In this document: positions 16,997 to 26,178 of the stretch, in pieces
How positions within the stretch are numbered: position 1 is the first letter of the stretch
Layout: each line of letters starts with the position of its first letter
Assembly (NCBI GenBank): GCA_964396385.1
Contig: CAYNFH010000005.1
Location: 1 to 63,590 of the forward strand
Length of the DNA stretch: 63,590 bases
Direction of reading: 5' to 3'
DNA from: an uncultured Chthonomonadaceae bacterium
GTDB taxonomy: Bacteria; Armatimonadota; Chthonomonadetes; Chthonomonadales; CAJBBX01
Translations under genes and position numbers: made by a program
The notes under the pieces: generated by a model
What the model was told of the DNA's origin: nothing
Database searches by the model: none
The model's input: only the letters and a program-made list of their open reading frames with translations

Positions 16997-19510
16997 CTAG
17001 GCGGCGATCCGGAGGGAGCGGCGAGCCAGGCGTACCCTGACGATGCGGCGAGGATGCGATGGAAAGGCCGCCAGGTGGTTGGCGTCGGAGTGGGCACCAG
17101 CCAGTCGGCCCAGCTTGCGCTCCGCCTTGACCTGATACATCGACGTGTCCGCGGCGGCCAGCAGCGCCGCCGCATCGGTTCCGTCAGTCGGAAAGCAGGC
17201 GTATCCCACACTCGCCCCTATGTGCAGCTTGCCCAATCGAGGATGCACGAGCCCCGGATCGTATCCGGCCACCGCCGCTTCAAGCTTCCCAGCCACCGCC
17301 GCAGCCTGTTCCGGCTGCGCCCCGCGGACCACCACCACAAACTCGTCACCGCCGTAGCGGGCGACGACGTCGTCCGCCCGAACGCACTGCCGGAAGATGC
17401 GCGCAAGGTCCCGGAGCACTTCATCTCCCTTCTGGTGGCCGAAGTTGTCATTGATGGGTTTGAAGCTGTCCAGGTCCAGGCAGAGCAGCGCGAAAGGCCC
17501 CGGATCGGAACCGGCCGAGCAGCAGTACTCCAGGTGATCCGTCAGGTACCGCACATTGTGCAGGCCTGTCAGCGGGTCTGTTTCCGCATTGCTACGGGTC
17601 CGCTCAAACAGCATGCCGTTGTAGAGTGCCAGCGCCGCGCGCTCCGCCACGGTCTCCAACACCTGCTGATCGTGGGAGCCGAAGGCGTCGGCCAGCGGAT
17701 GGTAGAGGTTTATCGTGCCCAGCGGCTGCCCCTGGTGAGTGATGGGTACGATGAGAGCGGATTCCAGCGGCTGCCACTCTGTGAACTGCGACGCCTGCAC
17801 CATCAGGTCCTCGGGGTCGAACACGCCCATATAGGTCGCTTGGCGCTGGAGCACGCCGAGAGAGAGACTGGTGGTGGAGGTGGTGCGGCTGCCCTGGAAG
17901 AATGGTTGGTTCACGCCGACGGCTGCTCGGACCAGAAGCTCTTCTGCAGCGTCGCACTTGAGCGCGAACAGGCAGGCGGTGCCGGGCATCATGGCCTCGA
18001 GCTTCCGCGCGAGGATCTCCAGCGTCTCCTGCACGCCGATGCTGGAGGAGAGCGTTTGCGAGACCTCGTACAGCGCCCACAGCTCGGACGACGCTCTCCG
18101 GATGTCGCGGGCCGCCTCGTCGGCCTTGGTTACAGGCAGGCTGTCCTGCGGCGCCTGCGGCGCGAGCGGCCCGGTGCCCTCCGCGGCCATCTGCTGGATT
18201 ACCTCGTCCACAACTTCCAGAAAGGCGTCGGCGATAACCGGGTCAAAGTGGCTCCCGCGCGTGCGGCGGATCTCCTCAATGGCCTTCTGGTGCGTCCACG
18301 CCTTGCGGTAGGAGCGGTTGGAGGTGAGCGCGTCGTACACGTCGCAGACCGCCAGGATGCGGGCCGTGTACGGTATCTCGTCCCCCTTCAGCCCGTCGGG
18401 ATAGCCGGTGCCGTCCCACTTCTCGTGGTGGTACTTGACCACCGGGAGCACGGGCCAGGGGAACTCTACCGGATCCAGAATGGCCGCCCCGATCTCCGGG
18501 TGCTTCTTGATCTTGTCAAACTCCTCTTTGGTAAGGCGGCCGGGCTTGAGGAGCACGTATTCCGGCACGCCCAGCTTGCCGATGTCGTGGAGCAGCGCTC
18601 CGGTCTCCAGACCCTCCAGCTCAGCCCCGGAGAGGCCCAGCCGCTTCGCGGTGGCCATGGCGTACCGCTGCACGCGAAGGATGTGCTGATGGGTGAACTG
18701 ATCCTTCGCATCGATGGCGAGAGCCAGGCTCCGGATTGTGGCGAGATAGAGGTCCGCCAGCCGGGACTGGCTATGTTGAAGGTCCTCGATATGCTGGATC
18801 TTCTCCTCCGCCCGCGCGGTGTACACCTGATAGGAGTGGTAGGTGAGGTAGACCACCGGCGCCCCAAAGAGGAAGAAGGTCACGCTGGGGCTGCCGGCGA
18901 CCAGGAGTCCTATGCTCGCGATGGCGGCCCCGCCGAAGTAGCTGGGAGCGGTCCAGAGAAAGGTGCTCTTCCAGACGGGGAAGGGATTCTGGCCCTTGCA
19001 CAGCCCGAGCACGACGGCCACGCCGAAGGTGTTCACAAAAAAGTAGGTCAGACACGCGCCGCAGACGGCGGGAAACGATGCGGATCCTTCGAGCGTAAGA
19101 TCCCACCCGTTGAGCGCAAGAAAGGTCCAGCCGGACAGCCAGGCAGTGACGGCCGCGAGACCGACGTTGAAGAGGAGCTGGTGGGGCGCCTGCTGCTTGG
19201 GGTAGACCCCCGCGCTCAAGATTCCCAGGCTGCCGATGATCACACCGGCCGCCGGCCCAAACCTCATGAGCGCGGCGAAGGTGACCGCGAAGGCCAGTGT
19301 CATGGAGCCGGCGTTCTCCACCACCTGATATCGATTCACGGTTACCTTCCGGCTGCCGGTAAGGACCGCGCAGGCGGCAAGCAGCGCCATCTGCCACCCC
19401 GCGCCCGCCGGCTGGGGGTGGCGGTAAAAGGCGGCCGCAGCACAGGTAGCTGCGCCTGCCGCCACCATGGCAATAACGTAGTATTTCGCTGATTTGGGTA
19501 GGGAGCGCAC
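16997..19510 (-). CDS. polytopic membrane sensor with HD-GYP phosphodiesterase, GAF and GGDEF diguanylate cyclase domains
   Basis: About 8 N-terminal TM segments. HDIGKLGVPEYVLL...KYHHEKWDGTGYPDGLKGDEIP is HD-GYP. A GAF-like middle region follows. The C-terminal RADDVVARYGGDEFVVVV is GGDEF with an RxxD I-site. Confidence 0.85.
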   Translation of the reverse strand: MRSLPKSAKYYVIAMVAAGAATCAAAAFYRHPQPAGAGWQMALLAACAVLTGSRKVTVNRYQVVENAGSMTLAFAVTFAALMRFGPAAGVIIGSLGILSAGVYPKQQAPHQLLFNVGLAAVTAWLSGWTFLALNGWDLTLEGSASFPAVCGACLTYFFVNTFGVAVVLGLCKGQNPFPVWKSTFLWTAPSYFGGAAIASIGLLVAGSPSVTFFLFGAPVVYLTYHSYQVYTARAEEKIQHIEDLQHSQSRLADLYLATIRSLALAIDAKDQFTHQHILRVQRYAMATAKRLGLSGAELEGLETGALLHDIGKLGVPEYVLLKPGRLTKEEFDKIKKHPEIGAAILDPVEFPWPVLPVVKYHHEKWDGTGYPDGLKGDEIPYTARILAVCDVYDALTSNRSYRKAWTHQKAIEEIRRTRGSHFDPVIADAFLEVVDEVIQQMAAEGTGPLAPQAPQDSLPVTKADEAARDIRRASSELWALYEVSQTLSSSIGVQETLEILARKLEAMMPGTACLFALKCDAAEELLVRAAVGVNQPFFQGSRTTSTTSLSLGVLQRQATYMGVFDPEDLMVQASQFTEWQPLESALIVPITHQGQPLGTINLYHPLADAFGSHDQQVLETVAERAALALYNGMLFERTRSNAETDPLTGLHNVRYLTDHLEYCCSAGSDPGPFALLCLDLDSFKPINDNFGHQKGDEVLRDLARIFRQCVRADDVVARYGGDEFVVVVRGAQPEQAAAVAGKLEAAVAGYDPGLVHPRLGKLHIGASVGYACFPTDGTDAAALLAAADTSMYQVKAERKLGRLAGAHSDANHLAAFPSHPRRIVRVRLARRSLRIAA

Positions 19511-19782
19511 CGATGTGCATCCGGGCCGGCTTGAAATGAGCGGATGGATACCCGCAGAAGATACGGTCCGCTGTCCCGTTCTTCCGTATTTGTGCGCGTC
19601 CCTACCCTGTTAGACCTACGGGAGAGTGCGCCCCTCAGCCATCGCCGGCCGTCCAACATCGAGCATACATAGAGGTCCCCTGAAGTTTCGCCCCGCGCAT
19701 CCCGAACATTACGGGTGTGCTCGGTCTGCACGACGCAGCGCCGCGCCGTAACGCCGGTTCCGACCTTATTCCGATATACCGA

Positions 19783-20934
19783 ATGAATTCATCTGCGCTG
19801 AGAGCGAATGTCGGCATAGGCCTTGGGCTCTGTACCCTGCTGGGCCTCTGGTTCGCGCTCCTCAACAGTACGCGCGACCTGATGGAAGCCAACCAGGTGG
19901 CGGTCCACGCGCGCCGCGCCGTCGACACCCTGAACGGACTCGACACCATTCTCACGCGCGGTGAGCTGGATGACGCCCGGAATCTCCTTCACCACCGGCC
20001 GCTGAACGGCCGGCGCGCTCAGTACCTGCGCCTCTATCTCCACGAGCAGACCGGCGAATTCGCCAAACTGGTTCTGGACGAGCCGAGCCAGCATAGCCGC
20101 ACCGACGAGCTTCAAAAGCTCGTGATGGGGCGCCTGTGCAACGTAGGACGAGGGCAGTACACGTTCCCTCCCGCTCCGGAGCAGAAGGCGCGTGGGCTTA
20201 TCGACGGAATCCGCGATGAGGAGAACCAGATCCTCGCCAGGAGGATTCAGGCGGTAGAAGGCGCCGAGCGCCTCACGTGGGCGCTGGAGATCACTGGAGG
20301 CGTTCTTGCGGTCACCCTGATCGGCGCGGGAGCTCTCCTCCTGAAGCGAGAGATGGCCGGCCGGATCCAGGCTGAGCAGAAGCTGTCCCACTACGGTGGA
20401 TACCTGGAGCGTACCAAGACAAAGCTGGAGACGGTCGCTGCGACCGATGCGCTCACCAAGGTCGCGAACCGCCGGGGATTCGACAGCCGCCTGGACGAGG
20501 AGCTCAAGGCCGGGTCCGAGAAGTTCGAAGCCCTCTCCCTGCTGCTGCTGGACGTAGATAAGTTCAAGAGCTACAACGATACGTACGGCCACCTGGCCGG
20601 CGACCGCATACTGGCCGAGGTGGGCAAGATCCTCCAGTCGCAAATACGAGAAGGGGACTTCGTGGCGCGTTACGGCGGGGAGGAGTTTGGGGTGATTATG
20701 CCCGGCGCAAACGGCGCGGATGCCCTGCAGGTAGCGGAGCGGATCCGAGAGGCAGTGGAATCCCACACGTGGCCGGACCGCGCCATCACGGTGAGCATAG
20801 GCGCCGCGACCAGCAAGAGGTGCCTGGAGAGCGCCGCGGCCCTCATCGCCTCTGCAGATGCGGCGCTCTACCGCGCCAAAGAGAGCGGCCGCAACCGCGC
20901 CATCCACAACGACTCGCTCTCGTTTGCGGCTTAG
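19783..20934 (+). CDS. membrane-bound diguanylate cyclase (CHASE3-like sensor region + GGDEF)
   Basis: MNSSALRANVGIGLGLCTLLGLWFALL TM segment, a second TM segment ITGGVLAVTLIGAGALLL, and REGDFVARYGGEEFGVIMPG (GGEEF with RxxD). The track start is 19717. Confidence 0.8.
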   Translation: MNSSALRANVGIGLGLCTLLGLWFALLNSTRDLMEANQVAVHARRAVDTLNGLDTILTRGELDDARNLLHHRPLNGRRAQYLRLYLHEQTGEFAKLVLDEPSQHSRTDELQKLVMGRLCNVGRGQYTFPPAPEQKARGLIDGIRDEENQILARRIQAVEGAERLTWALEITGGVLAVTLIGAGALLLKREMAGRIQAEQKLSHYGGYLERTKTKLETVAATDALTKVANRRGFDSRLDEELKAGSEKFEALSLLLLDVDKFKSYNDTYGHLAGDRILAEVGKILQSQIREGDFVARYGGEEFGVIMPGANGADALQVAERIREAVESHTWPDRAITVSIGAATSKRCLESAAALIASADAALYRAKESGRNRAIHNDSLSFAA

Positions 20935-21077
20935 ACCTCCCCCTAGCTCCTCGTCGGAGGATGGCCCATCCCGGTAAGGTGACGGTTCTATCCAGTCCGG
21001 AGTTCATGGAAGACTCAGTACGGCGGCAGAAAGGCTTGGCCGCCACCATAGCATCGGATACAGGGGAGGAGACGTAG

Positions 21078-21290
21078 GTGCCGAATCGCGTTGAGAATGA
21101 CCCGCACGTGGATGAGCTCTTCCTGGCCGGAGAACAGGTGCCGGCCGGGTTCTACCGGCAAGTTGGTACGGGAAAGAGGGTTCATCTGGAAGCGGCGGGA
21201 GCGTTACCGTGTAGCTTCGATGGCCAGGTGGCCTGTTACGTGCGCATGCGCACGTGGGCAAGCCACCGTCACGCGCCATCTGCTAGATAG
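21078..21290 (+). CDS. small hypothetical protein (70 aa)
   Basis: GTG start with GGAGGAG 7 nt upstream and a strong intrinsic terminator immediately downstream. No family recognised. Confidence 0.45.
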   Translation: MPNRVENDPHVDELFLAGEQVPAGFYRQVGTGKRVHLEAAGALPCSFDGQVACYVRMRTWASHRHAPSAR

Positions 21291-21297
21291 ACGCACC

Positions 21298-21336
21298 GGG
21301 CCGGACCCGCTGTTTCGGGGTCCGGCCCGTTTTATC
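21298..21336 (+). terminator. Rho-independent terminator
   Basis: GGGCCGGACCC(21298-21308) / loop / GGGTCCGGCCC(21318-21328) is a perfect 11-bp stem followed by GTTTTATCATT. Confidence 0.8.
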
Positions 21337-21343
21337 ATTGTCC

Positions 21344-21396
21344 GAGGACAGTGGACGGACGGATTCCGTCGGTCATCCGTCTCCCGTCATCCGTCC
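21344..21396. repeat. palindromic element, GACGG/CCGTC heptamer arms around GGATTCC core (core in opposite orientation)
   Basis: GAGGACAGTGGACGGACGGATTCCGTCGGTCATCCGTCTCCCGTCATCCGTCC. It shares 24 of 25 nt (CGTCGGTCMTCCGTCTCCCGTCATC) with the copy at 32831..32855. Confidence 0.75.
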
Positions 21397-21418
21397 ATTT
21401 GGCCCGCTCCACTATCTA

Positions 21419-23032
21419 CTACCTGCGGTCTCGCGTAACCTGCACCGCCGCGCCGTTGCTCACGTTCTCTTTACCTGTCACGATCACATCCTCGTTGCCG
21501 TGAAGACCCCCGGTGATCTCGACCCACTGCGGCCCCTCAAAGCCCGTTTTGACGCTCAGCTTGTTCGCCTTGCCGCCCTGGACAACGAAGACGGAGCGCT
21601 TGTCCTTCTCGAACAGGACCGCGCTAGTTGGCACTGCCAGGGCGCCGGAACGCGATTGCAGCTCCAGCGTCACGGGCAGGAACGAGCCGGGGCTCAGGCG
21701 GTGGACCGGGTTGGGTAGGTCGATCTCGGCCAGCATCGTGCGCGTGGAGGGGTCCAGCGCGCCGGCGGTTCGCGTAACGCGCGCCGCGATCCTATCGGCT
21801 CCGGCGTGGACCATTGCCCGGCTTCCGGGACGCACGAAGGGCGCGTCGGGCTCGGGCGCCTGCACGGTGATCCGGAGCCTATCGTCGCTGGCGAGCGCCA
21901 GGATCGGCTTGGTCGCGCCCTGCGCGCTGGTGGCGGCGCTCTGCACGAGGGCGCCGGGATCCAGGAGCCGCTGCGTGATGGTCCCGGCAAACGGCGCACG
22001 AACCTGGGTGTAGGCGAGCATCTCTGCGGCGCGCCGGGCAGCCTGCCCGCTTGCCTGGCTCTGGTAGCTCACGCTGCGCCCCTGCGCTTCGACGACCCCG
22101 ATCTGGCTCTTTACCGCTGCGGACTGCGCCTTCATGCTCGCCACCTGCTGCTGGGCGGTATGTATCTCCGCCTGCGCAACACGGATGCTGCTTTGGAGCG
22201 CCGCCTGTTTGCTCCGCGCCGCCACCACGGCCTGCCGCGCCGCAGCGACTCCCTGCCGCGCAGCCTCAACGGACTGTGCGGCGGTGGCGACCTGACTCTC
22301 GCTGCCCTTCATCTTGCTCTCCGCGACGTCGAGGTCTTGGCGGGCGAGGAGACCCGGATCGCGGTCAAAAACCTGCTTGAGGCGCGCATAGGTCTGCCGG
22401 TTCAGGTCGTCCTCGGCCTTTGCCTGCGCCAGTCCGGCTTGCGCCTGCCCTACGGCCGTTTCCGCCTGCTGCTCGAGCTGGATGGCTCTCTGCGCGTCGG
22501 CAGCGGCGGCATCCCGCTCCGCTTCGGCTTCGGGCACCTTTGCGCGGGCGGTGGCGAGGTCGGCCTGCGCTTTGGCAACAGTCGCCTCCGCCTGCCGGTA
22601 GTCGCTCACGGCCCGAGCCCGCGCTGCCGCATTCCCGGCTGCCAGAGCGCCCGCGCCCTCCGCCGACTCCTGGGCCTGCGCGGCCTCCTGGCGCAACTCC
22701 GGCGAATCGATGGTCGCCAGGAGCTGCCCGGCCTGCACGTGGTCGCCTTTGTCCACCAAGACGGTCCGCAGATACCCGGATACTTTTGCATAGAGCAGCG
22801 CCTGCTGGTACGGCTGCGCGTCACCCGGCAGCTCCACCGTGCGCTCCACGTTCCGCCGCTCCGGCCTGGCGACCTGCACGACGGGCATCGGCACGGTGAC
22901 AATCGGCGCGGCGGCAGACACACTCCGGCCACATCCGACCAACGTTGGCACCGCGGCGATGCCAAGCAGGACAACACGTATCGCCTCGGACCAAGTCGAC
23001 TGGCTCATGGACAGTCTCACTTTCTCGCGCAT
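21419..23032 (-). CDS. efflux RND periplasmic adaptor (MFP) lipoprotein, operon 1
   Basis: Lipobox LVGCG, a long Ala/Gln-rich coiled-coil hairpin, and C-terminal beta-barrel/MP domains (VFVVQGGKANKLSVKTGF). ATG 23032 lies 2 nt after the RND stop. The track gives TTG 23038. Confidence 0.85.
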   Translation of the reverse strand: MREKVRLSMSQSTWSEAIRVVLLGIAAVPTLVGCGRSVSAAAPIVTVPMPVVQVARPERRNVERTVELPGDAQPYQQALLYAKVSGYLRTVLVDKGDHVQAGQLLATIDSPELRQEAAQAQESAEGAGALAAGNAAARARAVSDYRQAEATVAKAQADLATARAKVPEAEAERDAAAADAQRAIQLEQQAETAVGQAQAGLAQAKAEDDLNRQTYARLKQVFDRDPGLLARQDLDVAESKMKGSESQVATAAQSVEAARQGVAAARQAVVAARSKQAALQSSIRVAQAEIHTAQQQVASMKAQSAAVKSQIGVVEAQGRSVSYQSQASGQAARRAAEMLAYTQVRAPFAGTITQRLLDPGALVQSAATSAQGATKPILALASDDRLRITVQAPEPDAPFVRPGSRAMVHAGADRIAARVTRTAGALDPSTRTMLAEIDLPNPVHRLSPGSFLPVTLELQSRSGALAVPTSAVLFEKDKRSVFVVQGGKANKLSVKTGFEGPQWVEITGGLHGNEDVIVTGKENVSNGAAVQVTRDRR

Positions 23033-23034
23033 CT

Positions 23035-26000
23035 TCAATCCACTGGCGCAAGCTGCGCCGCGTCCAATGCCGGCGCAACGGAGGGGCGGCGCTTCAGATA
23101 GCTGTAGAGGATAGGCAGCAGGTAGAGCTTTACCACCGTGGAGACCAGCAGGCCGCCGATAACGGCGCGCGCGAGCGGCATGTTGGCCTCACCCGCCCGC
23201 GCAGCCATGGGAACCAGGCCCAGGATAGCCGCGAGCGAGGTCATGACGATGGGCCGCAGGCGGATACGCGCCGCCTGCATCACCGCCTCTCGCGGCTCAA
23301 CACCCTCCTCCAGACGGCGGTTGGCGAAGTCCACGATGAGCACGCTGTATGACACCGTGAGACCCACCACCATGATGACGCCCAGCAGCGACTGGATGTT
23401 GAGCGTGGTCCCGGTGAGCCAGAGGATGAGGGCCACACCGATCAGTCCCGGCGGCACTGAGAACATCACGATAAAGGGGTCCACAAAGGAGCGGAACTGC
23501 GCCACCAGCAGCAGATAGACCAGGGCCACGGCCAGCGCCAGCCCGAAGCCTAGGCTGCCGAACGACTCCTGCATGGAGGAAACCTCGCCGCGCAGGGCGA
23601 CCTTGTAGCCTTCAGGGAGCTGGAGCCTGTCCAGGATCGCCTGAACGTCGGCGGACACCGCCCCGATGTCGCGCCCGCGGACGTTGGCGAACACATCCGT
23701 TACGCGCCGGATGTTCACGTGGTTGACCTCGACCGGCGCTTTGGAGGTGCTCATCGTCGCCAGGTTGCGCAGTGGAATGGCCGTCGCCTGGCCCTTGCCG
23801 GTGATAGGGATATCCTCGATCGTCTCGCGCGAGCTGATGTCCTTCTCCCGGTAGGTGGCGCCAATGAAGTAGTGGTTGCCCGTCTTCTCGTCGATCCAGA
23901 AGGAGGGGAGGAAAGTGATGCTGGAGTTGAGCGCGGTCACCACGTTCTTGACTACTTCCTCCTGCGTGAGGCCGATGGAGGCGGCGCGGGTGCGGTCCAC
24001 GTCCAGGTAGAGCTGCGGGTAGTCCAGGCTCTGCTGGATGCGCACGTCTACCGCGCCGGGAATCCGGGCGATCTGATCGCGGACGACCGAGGCGATCTGC
24101 TGCGCCGTCTCCAGCTTCGCGCCCTCCACCTGGACGTCGATGGGAGAAGGCAGCCCGAAGTTGAGCGCGGCCGAGACGAGGCCGCCCGTGTCGAAAGCCA
24201 GACGGACGCCGGGAACGCGCTCCGGCAGGCTGCGCCGGAGCGCGTCGGCGTACTCCTGGGCGCTCTTGTGGCGATGGTCCTGGAGCTGAACCAGCACAAA
24301 GGCATCGTGCGGACCGGCATTGGGCGTGTAGGCGGCAGGCCAGTCGTACAGAATCCCGACGTTAGAGACCACCATCTTCAGGTCCGAAGCCGGAATGGCT
24401 TTTCGGACCTCCTCCTCCACCCGCCCGGCGTACTCTTCCGCTTTCTCCATGCGGGTTCCGCTGGGGGCGCGCACCAGGATCATGAACTGCCCGGCGTCAA
24501 TCTGCGGAAAGAGCTCGCGGCCCAGAAGCGGCACGAGAAGAAGGGCGCCGCAGAATGTGGCGGCAATGCCCGCCAGGGTGAGCGCGCGATGGCGCATGGT
24601 CCAGGCGAGCAGGTCTGTGTACCGGTCCTGAAGCCAGTCGAACCAGCGCTCGGACAGGCTCTTGCGCCGGGGCGCGTGCCCGGCCATGTGCGGTTTTACG
24701 AACCGGGCGCAAGCCGCCGGAACGAGCAGCATGGAGAGCAGATAGGAGGCCCCCAGCGCAAAGACCACGGCGAGCGCCAGCGGCGTGAACAGGAACTTGC
24801 CGATGCCGGTCAGGAAGATGACGGGCGCGAAGACGATGGCGATGCTGATCGTGGCGACAAGCACCGGCATGGCGACCTCCAGGACTCCTTCGCGCGCCGC
24901 CTGAGCCGGGCTCTTGCCCATCTCCAGGTGCCGGAAAGTATTCTCTATCACCACGATGGCGTTGTCCATCAACATGCCGGTGGCAAGCGCTAGACCGCCG
25001 AGGGTCATGGCATTGATGGTCTGGCCGGTGAAGTAGAGCGCGATAAATGCCGCCAGCACGGCCAGCGGGAGCGAGATCGCCACGATGAGGGTGGAGCGCA
25101 CGCTGCCCAGGAAGAGCAGGACCATGGCGGCGGCCAGGACTGCGCCCAGGATCCCCTCCCGCTCCAGGCTGCCGATGGACTGGCGCACGTAGACCGACTG
25201 GTCCACGATGACGTCCATCTTGAGCTGCTTGCCGTTGGGCACCTGCTGCCGGATTCCGGGGATCGCCGCCTTGATTCCATCCACTACCTGGATGGTGTTG
25301 GCGCCTGGCTGCCGGTAGATGGGGATGTAGACGGCGCGCTTGCCGTTGATATGCACCGCATTGGTCTGGATAGCGTAGGCATCCTTCGCCTCGCCGATGT
25401 CCCGCACGAAGACAGGCTTCCCGTCCTCATATTTGACGGGGATGTCGTTGAGGTCCTTGACCTCCGGGACCATCGCGTTGGACGCGATCTGGTAGTCGTA
25501 GTCGCCGATCTTGGCGTCGCCGGTGGGGATGAGGACGTTGTAGCTGCGGACGGCATTGACTACGTCCATTGGGGAGAGATGGCGCGCCTGGAGCTTGTCC
25601 TTGTCCACGTAGATGAGGATGCGCCGCAGCCGCCCTCCATAGACCGCAGGCGCGATTACGCCCGGCGTGCCGGAGAGCAGGTTGCGGATATTGAAGTAGG
25701 CCACGTCGTACAGGGCGGTCTCATCCAGCGTGTCGCTGGAGATGGCGAGGAGCGCCAGGGGCTGCGCGGCCGTAGGGTCGAACGGCATAACCATCGGTGG
25801 AATGGTTCCGGGCGGCAGGTAGTACAGGTCCGAGATAGCCAGAGCGGAGACCTGGGACATGGCCGTATTGGGATCGATGTCCGGCCGGAAGAAGTCCTTC
25901 ACCACGCTCACGCCGATGAGGGAGCGCGACTCCTGGCGCGCAATGCCGTTGGACTGGCTGGTCCACCGCTCCAGCCGGTTGGTGATGTCCCGCTCTACGA

Positions 26001-26172
26001 TGTCGGTGGGCATGCCTGGATAGAGGGTGAGGATCTGGACGGCGGGGGTCTTAAACTGCGGGAGGATGTCCACCGGGATGCGAGCCAGCGTCGTCAGCCC
26101 GATGACCAGGGTGGCCAGGCAGAGAACGATGACAAAGTATGGATTGCGGAAGGCAAGGCGAACGAGTCCCAC
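23035..26172 (-). CDS. RND efflux permease (AcrB/HAE-like), operon 1
   Basis: 1045 aa with 12-TM RND architecture. MGLVRLAFRNPYFVIVLCLATLVIG..., GGLALATGMLMDNAIVVIEN. Confidence 0.9.
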   Translation of the reverse strand: MGLVRLAFRNPYFVIVLCLATLVIGLTTLARIPVDILPQFKTPAVQILTLYPGMPTDIVERDITNRLERWTSQSNGIARQESRSLIGVSVVKDFFRPDIDPNTAMSQVSALAISDLYYLPPGTIPPMVMPFDPTAAQPLALLAISSDTLDETALYDVAYFNIRNLLSGTPGVIAPAVYGGRLRRILIYVDKDKLQARHLSPMDVVNAVRSYNVLIPTGDAKIGDYDYQIASNAMVPEVKDLNDIPVKYEDGKPVFVRDIGEAKDAYAIQTNAVHINGKRAVYIPIYRQPGANTIQVVDGIKAAIPGIRQQVPNGKQLKMDVIVDQSVYVRQSIGSLEREGILGAVLAAAMVLLFLGSVRSTLIVAISLPLAVLAAFIALYFTGQTINAMTLGGLALATGMLMDNAIVVIENTFRHLEMGKSPAQAAREGVLEVAMPVLVATISIAIVFAPVIFLTGIGKFLFTPLALAVVFALGASYLLSMLLVPAACARFVKPHMAGHAPRRKSLSERWFDWLQDRYTDLLAWTMRHRALTLAGIAATFCGALLLVPLLGRELFPQIDAGQFMILVRAPSGTRMEKAEEYAGRVEEEVRKAIPASDLKMVVSNVGILYDWPAAYTPNAGPHDAFVLVQLQDHRHKSAQEYADALRRSLPERVPGVRLAFDTGGLVSAALNFGLPSPIDVQVEGAKLETAQQIASVVRDQIARIPGAVDVRIQQSLDYPQLYLDVDRTRAASIGLTQEEVVKNVVTALNSSITFLPSFWIDEKTGNHYFIGATYREKDISSRETIEDIPITGKGQATAIPLRNLATMSTSKAPVEVNHVNIRRVTDVFANVRGRDIGAVSADVQAILDRLQLPEGYKVALRGEVSSMQESFGSLGFGLALAVALVYLLLVAQFRSFVDPFIVMFSVPPGLIGVALILWLTGTTLNIQSLLGVIMVVGLTVSYSVLIVDFANRRLEEGVEPREAVMQAARIRLRPIVMTSLAAILGLVPMAARAGEANMPLARAVIGGLLVSTVVKLYLLPILYSYLKRRPSVAPALDAAQLAPVD

Positions 26173-26178
26173 GAATCT

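Noticed and set aside
17054-19492. 812-aa plus-strand ORF, plus many other ORFs of 100-490 aa. Examples are 7532..9001(-), 8287..9744(-), 32861..34849(-), 33613..34986(+), 58562..59887(+), 43178..44491(+) and 44896..45828(-).
   Set aside because: All lie antisense to, or in an alternative frame of, genes with clear family signatures. Their products are Arg/Gly/Pro/His-rich and low in complexity, which is typical of stop-poor shadow frames in GC-rich DNA.
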